Assembly (NCBI GenBank): GCA_964252035.1
Contig: OZ176207.1
Length of the DNA stretch: 64,000 nucleotides
DNA from: Podarcis erhardii
Taxonomy: Eukaryota
Reading direction: 5' to 3' (one strand)
Within the stretch, counting starts at the first letter, position 1, and each line of letters begins with the position of its first letter. Of the stretch, positions 24,368 through 34,863 are shown piece by piece. The position numbers and the translations under genes were made by a program. The notes under the pieces were generated by a model. It was not told where the DNA came from. It did not search any database and saw nothing but the letters and a program-made list of their open reading frames with translations.

Positions 24368-26500
24368 AGACTTCCGGGTTGGTGCCTCCGGCAATGGCGG
24401 AGTTCCTCCGATCGGGAGGAATTTGCTCTGTGGAAATCAGGGTCTGACCGCCACAGCGAAGGCGGAGACCCACTAAAATCACAGGCGGGAGAAGCTTGTG
24501 AATGTGGGATTTGGCTGGCACCCTTTGCGCCTCCCCTGCTCACGGGGAAACCCAGTTTTGGGGATCCGGAGCGACGTGGGGTGAGTGGCGCGGTGCTTCG
24601 AATTGATTGCTTTTTTCACGGAGTGAAGCCGCATTGCTGTTGCCGGAGAGCGCTGACTTTTTCCTGTGGACAATTTGACTTCAAACAACTACCCGTGAGT
24701 AGAACGGAAAATTGGATTTACAAACGTCTTAATTTGGTACCGAAACGGGAAGGTTTCAAACAGGAAGTCTGCCTTCCCCTTTTGTAAATAGATTGAAGCA
24801 AAGAAGCTGCAAGCTAAGGTCTTGGAAAGCCTTATGTAAAGGATTAAACTTCCATCGATTGAAATCATTAAACCCCCCTTGGAAGCAGGAGAAGAGGAGG
24901 GAAATTTTGGATTGTGTAGCCTGCAGGAGAGAGTGATAAAAATTAAATTACCACTGTTCTGAACCTGGAAACGGGCTGCCAGTAGATTGACGTTTTGGGA
25001 GAGTTCATTGACAGTGAAGAGAACGTATGTTGACAGTTAGTTAAATAAGAGAAATATATTGTTTCAATTGTCCTCTTCTGCGTTTAAAAAGGAGGAAAAG
25101 TAACTGAAAATTGAAACTAACTTTACTTTTTGAACTGTGCTTGAAAGGATTGATACAAGTGGAGACTGTTTCCCTCTAGAGGGAGCTTTTGAAACTGTTA
25201 CAAGAGTGGAGCTGGGGAATCTCCAGCTGCATGATAAGAACTGTGAGAATCAGGGATTGACCTTGGACCATCTAAGAATGTCGACAGGAGAAACCTTAGT
25301 AACTGCATTATGTAAGATAAGCTACTTGTTGGAACAACTTCACAAGAAGACGGATGTTTTGACTACTAAAATTGATAACTTGGGACAAAAAGTGATTAAT
25401 TTGGGACAAAAAGTGAGCACCAATACAGAAATTATTCAGGATTTGGTACAGGAATTTACTTTAGCAGGACAAATTGTGGAAAAGGAGAAGGAGAAAGTTG
25501 TTGTTGAACCTAAAGTAATACAAGTGGGAGCCTCAGCCTTACAGAGGCAAATTGAGGACTATAAGTTGAGGCCTTTTATGATTGAAACAAGAAAAAGTCA
25601 GATTTTGAGGATTGGAGCCCGGCCTGGACTGGAAAAGGAAAGTTGGAAAGATCCCTCCATGCAGGGATTAACTGACTTTTGGGACATGGACTTGGGTCAG
25701 GAGGAGATTGGAGTTCTGGGGGCCTTTGGATTTGGAGGAATCTTGAAACATGCCCTGAAATACTTTATGGATCTTAGTTTTAACTATGGAAATTTGGCTG
25801 ACCTGTCAATAAGGAATAAAAGCATCGTTAGGTCGGAGTTTCCCCGAGATCTGCTCTTTAGCATCAAAGAATATGAAGAAGACCTGCAGAAGGGACGTGG
25901 AAAAGAGTTAAAAGCCTCGAACATAAGATCTCCAGGTTGATGGACTGTATGGAGTTGACGGAAGTGACTGGCAGAGTCTGAGACCGGGGAGAGGAGATGG
26001 TGGAAGAAGATTGGAAAATTTAAAGTTTATTTATAGAAATATTGTAAAATTAATGAGTGATAGAAAAATGTTGGAATGAAATTTTATGGCCTTAGTGGAA
26101 ATGTTTTAAGGAGTTAAGCTTAAATAAGTATACTAGTTTTAATGGAAAATAAGATTAAAAATATGTTAAGACATTTATATGGCAGAAAATAGAGAAAGAG
26201 GGAAAGGAATTGCTGAGACAACTAATAGAAGTGGAATACAAAAAGGGAGGTGAGAGGAGGTCGATGAAACAAGGGAATGAAAGATAGAATAGGGAAAAGG
26301 TATGATATATGCTTTTAAATTGTTTTTGTATTGTTTTGTTTAGTTTATTGTGTTTAGTTTAATGTGTTAAGGTTGTGTTTTGTATAGTTTATATATTGTA
26401 TTGTATTGTTTTTTCTCTTTTTGTTTTTTTCTTTTGTCTTCTTTTTTCTTTTTCTTTTTTGTAAGTTTTAAAAGTAATAAATATTTTTTTTGTTTTTTTA
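24368..26500 (+). mobile_element. Full-length non-autonomous L1-derived (HAL1-like) retroelement
   Basis: Starts AGACTTCCGGGTT...CAATGGCGG with a CpG-rich 5' UTR; one ORF1-like frame; remnant resembling the L1 ORF2 C-terminus (LMDCMELTEVTGRV*DRGEEMVEEDWK); T-rich 3' UTR ending AATAAA. 17-bp TSD aacatatt(g/a)tgtcgagc at 24351-24367 and 26501-26517. Confidence 0.8.
25278..25940 (+). CDS. L1 ORF1-like protein (coiled coil plus RRM-like segment), 220 aa from first ATG; frame open from 25137
   Basis: Heptad-like LCKISYLLEQLHKKTDVLTTKIDNLGQKVINLGQKVSTN followed by ETRKSQILRIGARPGLEKE...LTDFWDMD...GAFGF, reminiscent of the ORF1 RRM start. Resemblance judged by eye. Confidence 0.55.
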   Translation: MSTGETLVTALCKISYLLEQLHKKTDVLTTKIDNLGQKVINLGQKVSTNTEIIQDLVQEFTLAGQIVEKEKEKVVVEPKVIQVGASALQRQIEDYKLRPFMIETRKSQILRIGARPGLEKESWKDPSMQGLTDFWDMDLGQEEIGVLGAFGFGGILKHALKYFMDLSFNYGNLADLSIRNKSIVRSEFPRDLLFSIKEYEEDLQKGRGKELKASNIRSPG

Positions 26501-26821
26501 AACATATTATGTCGAGCGCATCATTCCTTCTATTGGCTGCAGGCTTCCAACACCATAACGATCAACTGACTTTTCGTGTTTGATTACAGGATTATGAGTA
26601 AGATAGAAAACATGCTTTGTTTCAATTAATTTGCACGAGGGTGTACTGGAAAGGGGGCCTTCTGTATGATGGCACTGTATCTTTGGAATTCCCTTCCCAA
26701 GGATGATGATAATTTATTATTTCTACCCCGCCCATCTGGCTGGGTTTCCCCAGAACTGGGTGAAGTCTATCTTATTTGTATGAGTGGTTGTATCTTGCTG
26801 TTTATTATCTATTTTGCTTCA

Positions 26822-26988
26822 GTGTGGAACAGATTCCCATAAGAGGTGGTGAATTTTCCTTCCTTACAGGTTTTTAAGCAGAGGCTGGATGGCCATCTGT
26901 CATGTATGATTTAGCTGAGATTCCTGCATTGCAGGGGTTTGGACTAGATGACCCTCGGCGTGCCTTCCAACTCTGCAATTCTATGATT
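26822..26988 (+). mobile_element. CR1 LINE 3' end
   Basis: tttttaagcagaggctggatggccatctgtca...ggactagatgaccctc...ttccaactctgcaattctatgattc (ATTCTATG tail). Confidence 0.8.
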
Positions 26989-29900
26989 CCTGATATTTCT
27001 TTTTATTGTAAAAAAACCTTGACTGTAAATCAAATAGAGGGTTTCTGAAGAGCTGTAATTTATCTCCGTCCTTCTCCTGCAAAGCACTAAGGAATGCCTT
27101 CTAAGATCTTGCATTCTATCAGCACACTGACAGAGAAATCTAGCCAGAGAAGCTTCAGGCACTACAGGGCATTCTCAGTCCTACATCTGCTCAAAGGATA
27201 AAATGAGATAAGAATGTAAGTTAGGCAGACCTGTGTGAACTCTTAACACTCTGCACATTGCGGCAAAAATCCGTGGCAGCCCAATGCCCCCAGCAAACCT
27301 CTTCCTCTGTTTCAATGCATTTCTTAGCTACTCTTGATGTTCTGCTTTATTCATGGCAACATTCCTAAAAAGTCGTGTTCAGGCTCATAGTCAGGCCTAC
27401 CACCTGGTGGTGAGGGCAGCGAAGAGATCCTCCGTCGCTGCCTCCATTGCATCCTTGGAGAGCCCTCTGGCAGAGCTGCTCCATGTGGTCCAGAGTTTGG
27501 TTGCTCCTGACCAAGGGGGTGGGCCTCTGGAGCACATGGCAACTAGCTGCCACTGGATGGCTAAACAATTGGAGGATATTGAGACAGTACCAACCAAGTT
27601 GTTTTCAACTCACGATTTTGTTCGATTTTATGTTTTATATTGTTGTTAACCACTGTGATATATCTTTATGATACAGCAATATATAAATATTTATATAAAT
27701 AAATAAACAAATAAGCCAAAACTAATTCAATAGTTAATTTCTGATCAACTCTTTCTCCAGCTGTTTAGGTCTACCCTCCACACTGAACCTCAAACTACCA
27801 TGTGACTTTTTTATTCTTTTGCTTAAAAAAAGAATATAAATATACCCCCGTCTTAAACGCCCCCTGAAAATAATGATATTTCCATTAGTGCAGATTCCTT
27901 TAGGTCTGCTGTATTTACGAGTCATGCCTCATGCCTCACCGTCTGAGGACTTAGGCAGCTCCTTCCTCTTAAGAAGGCAGACACTTCTCCTCTGTTCTTG
28001 CCTCCTAAGCACAACATTGGGCCAATTCTGGTTTATTTCAAGGCTGGGTGTTTTATTTCAAGGGTAGAGCTAATAACCTATCCTGTGGTAGGTTCCTTGA
28101 AAGAAGAAATAAAATCAGAAACCAAAGGTCTCTTATAAAGGTAAGATTTGCTTTTGACATTTGAGGTGACTGACGATTACTTAGATATGCTGAAGACATT
28201 AATATTGTCATCTTCAACAACGCTTTCAGCCAAAAAGAGATTACTACTGAGTGGTGTTTCTCCTTCATAAGGAGCACTTCAAATGTTAACAATTGCAGTT
28301 GTGAGAGTTCTCACCTGACAAACATTGCAATATACCAAACTTCTTAGGTTCATGACTGACACAAGTAGGCATCTTTCCCATATTACAGCCTTCACCAACA
28401 TAGTGTCCTTCATATGCTGCTGGATTAAGCTTCCACCATCCCTGACCATTGGCCATGCTAACTGAGGCTGATGGGATGGGAGGTATGGGAGTCTCAAAAC
28501 ATCTGGAGGGCAGCAGGTTGGGGAAGGGTGCCATGTTACAATTTTGTTTCCTGTTTCCTGTTTGCAAGTTTCCCCCATTTTACTGCTTCCTGTTTTCCTG
28601 GCTTGGGATTTAGTAAGGAACGGCCTCAATTGTCCCTTAAATAACCTCCCTTTATTGCCACAATTTCAGTTCCTGTTACACAAGACAGCTGAAAGCTTTA
28701 ATTTCTGATTTCTTAAAATTTGTATCAAAATAGTACTTTTTGGTATTAAAAAAAATGTGCAAGGAAGCCAGCAATTAACTCCACCCACCCCAGTAACACA
28801 CATGGAAACAGAAACTGACATTTGGGCAATTAAGAGACTATTTATCACTAATCTCTCAGAAGTAAACAACAGAAAACAAAGCAAATAGCAGGGCCTGCAA
28901 GCAGGAAACTCTTAATTAATATTTTAGAGGACTAGTAATGTGCTGAAAAATTCTCTTGCATTTTTCTACCATTCACTAACAATTAAAGAAAAAATAAATG
29001 GCATCAGAAAATTATCAAAGGGGATGTTTTTATTTTGCTAGGATGGTGTGCACTTGTGTTATGGTTTTGAAGTAGCTAAAGGCTGTTTGTGAGAGTTTTT
29101 TCTTTTATTCTACAAATCATCTCACCAGTGGTCTTCACACTACATCCTTCTAAGATGCCCTCATTCCAAGTAAAGCCCAGGGGAAGACATTGTGAGCTAA
29201 CTTCCCCCATTAGACTTCTTTAGATTAAGAAGCATAGGCAGCCAGAGAGACTGCAAAACTTTGGAGAAATGTTTACTGAACACGCACACTATCTCACAGC
29301 AATAAGGTAAGATCAAAACCCCACACCCACAGAAATTCTCAAGCACCTCTCAAGTGTCCCGAGAATGAGACGGAAAATTTGAATCCTTTTTTCACAGAGG
29401 CAAGAAACCCTTCAAGAAACTGGAAGACAAGGCCTTTGCTGGCTGGGAGTTACTTGTGAGTAAACATTACAGAAGGATCTTGACCATGCAGAAGGGCGTT
29501 GCTGGATAATACAGCACTTTACTAACCTCTGTGTGGAATCTCTGTTTTAATTCCAACCCTGGAAAATTTCAGAAGTGCAGTGCTAAATAGCTCAAAATGT
29601 GTTAGTGTTATGGCAGCGAGGTCAGCGGTTTAAAGAAAATAGTTAGCAATTGTTCTAAGCTACTACAAGCTCCATGTATGAGCCTAAGGCTGAAGTCCTT
29701 TGCACATGTACTAGGTAATGTGTCCCTTTGAGTTTGGAGAACCTTACTTCTGAGTAAATCTGTTTAGGATTAAGCTGTAAGTAGCTCTTTAGAACCTCTT
29801 TTCTATACAGGTTCAGAAGATATTTTGGTATGATCTTCTGCAATGGCACATTTCATTGAAAAGGATCGTCCGATTCCCCTGCATAATTTGGCTTATTCCC

Positions 29901-30305
29901 CAACAATCTTTACAGCTTAAAGTGTAAATTTCCCCTGACATCCCACCTTAAATCTGTCTTAATACAATATGGACTCATTGCTTTTTGTCCTTCCCACTAA
30001 ATCTCATAGTGGCCCTGGTAAATTTTTGAAGATGCTGTGCTTTAGAAGACGATAGCCTGCCCTTTCTTGCTAGGCTATCCTAGTGATAAACAGAACATGC
30101 TGTTGCTCTTTTCCTAAAATTATGGGGCATAAAAGTAGCAATTTCAGAAGTAGTAAATTAGCACTAGTGTATTGTGGGGTGTTAATTTTGTGGATTCACA
30201 CACACATGTCTGGACAGCATCATTCCAACAGCTACAGGCAAGGGGAGATATGGTCCTGGTGGTGGGCTTGGTCGGGTAAGGAGAGTGGGCAGGAATTGCC
30301 TACAA

Positions 30306-31115
30306 CAGTGGTTTTCAACCAGTGTGCCGTGGCACCCTGGGATGCGATGGTCAGGGGCAACACTGGCCTCTGTCCCTCTTTCCTTCTCTCTGTCCTCTGA
30401 TGCCCTCTTGCATCTCTGCCTCCCAAAGGCTTGCATAGCTGTTTGTTGCAGAAGCTCTGGCTACAAGCTCCCCAGGCGAATGGTGCCTCTGGGGGTGCTG
30501 GTTGCCAGGAACTGAGGTGGCCTTGGAGTAAGCAAGCAAATGGGTGGGGTATCCCTGTCAGCCAGTCCACCAGCCCTTGCTGTTGGGAATGGACAGACAA
30601 GTGGGAGACCAAGCAGGCAGGCGGGTTCTGTGCTGGCCTTTCTTGTACTTGCTGTGTGCAAGGCCTTCCTAGGAGCTGAGGGCCTGGTACTGAAGGGGAG
30701 CTTTTCCGCCATGCAGGCCCAGCAGCACCTGCTGCCACCACTGCTGCCTCCCAAGGTGAATAAGGTGCTAACCTCACATTCACCTTTGGCCAGTCTCCAT
30801 CGGGCCACTAAGGCTGGGGCATCCTCTTCCCAGACCCCTAGGGTGTGGCATGTGGAGGCACCTCTCTTTGGGGCAGGGGGCAGGTCAGTGGCCAGGGGTG
30901 GCGGCAGTAGTTGCCCAGAGGACTCCCAAAGAAAGAAGAGAGGAGAGGAGGCTGCGGGAACACTCCACAAGAGAGGATGTTTGGAAAAGGGTGAGAGGCT
31001 GCTAGCTCTGGAGGCAAGGGGTGGCATAACAGGGCTCCTGAGTCCCACAGGGGTGCCGCAGAAAGAATGTAGTTGGTCTAGGGAGCCGTGGACTTAAAAA
31101 GGTTGAAAACCTCTG
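30306..31115. mobile_element. Old non-autonomous hAT element (~810 bp)
   Basis: TIR cagtggttttcaacc / ggttgaaaacctctg; degenerate TSD (5/8). Confidence 0.65.
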
Positions 31116-31202
31116 GCTTGGAAGCTGTCTCCTTGACCAATACACCCTCCTTCCACCAAAATTTATGTTGTCCTGTCACCCAGTACCTGGTGGTACTAGT
31201 TA

Positions 31203-31440
31203 ATGCCAGGTCAGTCTAGAACAAAGCATTTATCTATAATAATGGACAAGATACTTAATTTCTCCTGTGTCACTGAGACCTGGGTGCACCAACTGGACAG
31301 GATTGGCCTGGCTCAGCTTTGTCCACTGAGTTATGGAATGCAGCATTCACACAGACGACAGGATGGGGGCGGGTGGAGTGAGAGTTGCTGTGGTCCAACA
31401 GCATACTTGACAGGGAGGTGCAACCAATCCACAGTCTCCC
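31203..31440 (+). mobile_element. Old L2 endonuclease fragment
   Basis: SCVTETWV...LAQLCPLSYGMQH...DGGG, resembling L2 EN ACITETW...QLCPPGY...GGGV. Confidence 0.5.
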
Positions 31441-32869
31441 ATGTGTATTCTTCATACCGAAGTTTCAGTATTTACCTATTGCATTTATACTTTACGTGTT
31501 CTTTGTATGCACTTAAAATGCTTACATGCATGTCTAAGCTTATACATGAAGCTAGCTACCTTGACTGGCATCATGAATATGCTACTTAGAATTGTCCTTT
31601 GAGGAGACGAGGAGGGAGCCAGTTGTGTCTTCTCCCCAGGTTCTGTTAGTCCTTTATTATTTGGGTGGGGTTGGAGATGGGGTTTCTTTGGCCTCACCTT
31701 GAACCTGGCTTAACCTTGGTAAGTGACCACTCCTCCCTTTGAATGTAAGCTTTTTCTTTTTTCCTTTTAATGTTTTAATGTTTATGAATGCTTTCCCCTG
31801 TCTTGTCAAAACTATTACAGGGATTGCCAAAGCAGGATATGGGACTTTTCATTATTGGTGTGAATTTCCCCTTCCATCCATCTCAACCATAATTAATTTT
31901 GCAGCACAGGTTCATGTTGAGATTTAAAGCCCTGCTTATAAAATGAATTAGGCCCTCTCCTCATCTTATTTGGACATTCTCAATGTGAATATACTCAAAG
32001 TGTAATAGAGAGGCAATTTATGGGAATGAAATCTCCTCGGTGTCCTAGGCTCTGGCTTTATTATGTCGGGTCTCCTCTTCCCATTTGTTTAGAGGACAGA
32101 TACCATTCATTACTTGGGGAAAGCTCAACAGGTTGCTCAGCAGGCATTTATATAGACTTGGAAACGCATGTGAGGCTATTAGAGGGCTTGGATATAAAGT
32201 TTTGTCTGTGATGAGGATTCTCCCTCCCCCCTCCCAATAATTACTAAGGCTGAAATTCTAACCCAATTTACATAGCAGTAGGCCCCAGTTAATTCAATAG
32301 GACTTACTTCTGAGTAGACATGGTTAGAATAGTTTCCAACTATGCAATGAATTTCAGTGTGTCCGCTCTGAGAATGACTTAGCTAGAGATGCCACCCTAC
32401 GGTTTCAAATTATAATACCTATAGAATTAAATTAATACAGATGTAAATAAAAACAGTATGAAGATCCAAGGGTCAGATTTTTAAATTTTGCATAGCTTTC
32501 TACAGAGCTGTTGAAAGGAGTGCTCTGCTGGAGGAGGGGACAGATGGGAATTGTACTCAGGTTTGCCTGACTCATTTATATTGCCCACACTGAGCTAATT
32601 AATTTCCAACACATGATAAAGCAAACGGAATCTATTCCCTCAATCCCCTGGAGCAGATTTTGAAGGTGCTGAAGAGGAGGGGAAGGGAGAAAGTTCCATT
32701 GCATGATCCAATGTTGGTTCTGCAAATGGATGTCCACTCCACACTGCAGCTATTCTATCAGGGCAGAATAAGCAACCATGCATCATACTGTATGTGCATC
32801 GCTAAATACACAGGCACTTCCCCATTAAGCCCATAACACTAAGAGGTGGATGGAGTTCTGGACATTGTA

Positions 32870-33474
32870 CACCCTTGTGCAAATTAATTGAAACAAACAA
32901 TGTAATTTATTGTACAAAACTCACATGTACATGTACAAAACTCACATATACATACATTAGTAATGGATATGACCTCAACTATTTTTAAGCAGCATTTGAG
33001 CACGGTTTGGCATGGAGTCTACTAGTTTTGAACAGCCACTGTTGATTTCAGATCCCTGTACCACACTTGAATCAGCGCCTGAATGAGCTTCTCCATAGTT
33101 GTATAGTCTACAGTACGGAGGTGACTTTTGCATATAGCCCACAAATTCTCAATGGGATTTACGTCCGGGGAATTCCCTGGCCAATCAAGTACCTGTATTT
33201 GCTGCTCTGTCATGAATTTCTTCACCATTTCTATGTGTGGAAGGGGGCTAGGTTCTGCTGCAATATCCCAGTACCATCAGGATACCTCTTTTCCAGCTCT
33301 GGGATAACTCTCTTTCGTAGAACTTCAATATATTATGGCGAGCGCATCATTCCTTCCATTGGCTGCAGGCTTCCGATACCATAATGATCAACTGTCTTTT
33401 CGTGTTTGTTTTGAGTACAGGATTATGAGTAAGATAGAAAACATGCTTTGTTTCAATTAATTTGCACAAGGGTG
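32870..33474 (-). mobile_element. Non-autonomous Tc1 (DD34E)-derived element, 605 bp
   Basis: Same TIRs, TA TSD (32868-69, 33475-76). ILQQ(N)LAP...VLDWPGNSPDVNPIENLW with 34 residues between the D position and E. Confidence 0.93.
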
Positions 33475-34349
33475 TATATTATTTGTAATCAAATGTGTCA
33501 TGAAACAATAATTCCAAAATGGTTACAGCTTTCTACTGAGATAGGCAAATCCCAGTGTCTCTGGTTGAAGTCACTCCATGTTATATTTTTTCATACAGAA
33601 GGATTTTCACAAAGCTGTGCCAGCATCTTATGAAAGCATGTGGAGTATTCATTTTGCACCATCACTTTGCATAACATTTTACCTCTTAAGGTACTTGCAC
33701 ATTGTATCGCTTGCATCTTTTAATGCAGAAATAAAGAACTCTCCTTTTAAAAGAGAAATACTGTATTTCTACTCTGTAGCATGGTTTGACAACAGAAAAT
33801 AGGTACACTTTACTATGTAATACGAACAAGGGGCTCACAGGAGGCAAGCCAAGTAAATGTGTGGTTTTCATGAAATCTGCAAGCATTTTTTTTAAAAAAA
33901 TATCTACTTCAAAATACTTAGTTCCGTAAAACTAGGAGATCCCATTTCCACCAATAGATGCTAGAAATCAGGATGCTTGTATTATAACAGAGTATTTCTC
34001 TTCCCTTCTATAATAGTAAAGTTTTCATTTTTCTATGTTCAGTTCAAATCAGCAAAGATGTGAGATCCCTGCAAAGACAGAAAGCCAAATAACCAACAGG
34101 GCAATTCTAGGAATGGAATTGTACAAACAGATGAAGAACTGAATCATGGAATCATAACACTGTAGAGTTGGAAGGGAACCAAAGGGAAACCTAGTTCAAC
34201 ACTCTGCAACACAGGGATATGAAGGATAATCGCCCTCCTATGTACACATTTTTTTTAAAAAAAATTACCTTAGCCCTGGTTACTGGAGCACATGGTTTGT
34301 ACTAGTTACCCTCCCTATTTTATTAAATCAGTCATTACCATCCCCACCC

Positions 34350-34863
34350 ACCCAAGATGATCATCCAAATGTCATAGACCAAATGGAGCAAACAGCACGC
34401 AGACCTAGTGGTGGGAGGAAAAAATCCTTAAATAAGAGACACGGGGGAATGATTAATGGACTTCAGTGTCTGTACACTAATGCGCAAAGCATGGGAAATA
34501 AACAAGATGAGCTTGAGCTCTTGGTACAGCAAACTAAATATGACATAATAGGCATCACTGAAACCTGGTGGGATAAGTCCCACGATTGGAATGTAATAAT
34601 GGAGGGATACAATCTATTTTAGAGAAACAGACCAGACAAGAAAGGAGGAGGAGTGGCGTTATATGTCAGGGATGTGTATACCTGTGAAGAGATCCAAGAT
34701 TTAGAACCTCAAAGCCAAAGTGAGAGCATTTGGGTCAAAATTAAGGGAGAGAAGAATAACAGTGACCTCATTGTGGGAGTTTACTATAGATCCCCAAGCC
34801 AAATGGAGGACATAGATGATGCCTTCCTGGAACAGATGGCCACGCATGCAAAAGGAAGGGAGA
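34350..34863 (+). mobile_element. CR1 LINE fragment: start of ORF2 (AP endonuclease)
   Basis: GLQCLYTNAQSMGNKQDELE...DIIGITETWWD...*RNRPDKKGGGVALYV...SIWVKI...VGVYYRSP; one in-frame TAG at 34620-34622. Confidence 0.88.

Larger units (their letters stand above)
23897..26643 (-). mobile_element. Non-autonomous Tc1 (DD34E)-derived element, interrupted by an L1-derived insertion
   Basis: TIR CACCCTTGTGCAAATTAATTGAAACAAA at both ends, TA on both flanks. Decayed transposase C-terminus (ILQQDL...NPIENLWAICK). Colinear with the 32870-33474 copy once 24368-26517 is removed. Confidence 0.92.

Noticed and set aside
30232-31097. Three overlapping 180-195 aa ORFs
   Set aside because: Expected in GC-rich, stop-poor DNA inside a hAT element; no transposase or other motif.
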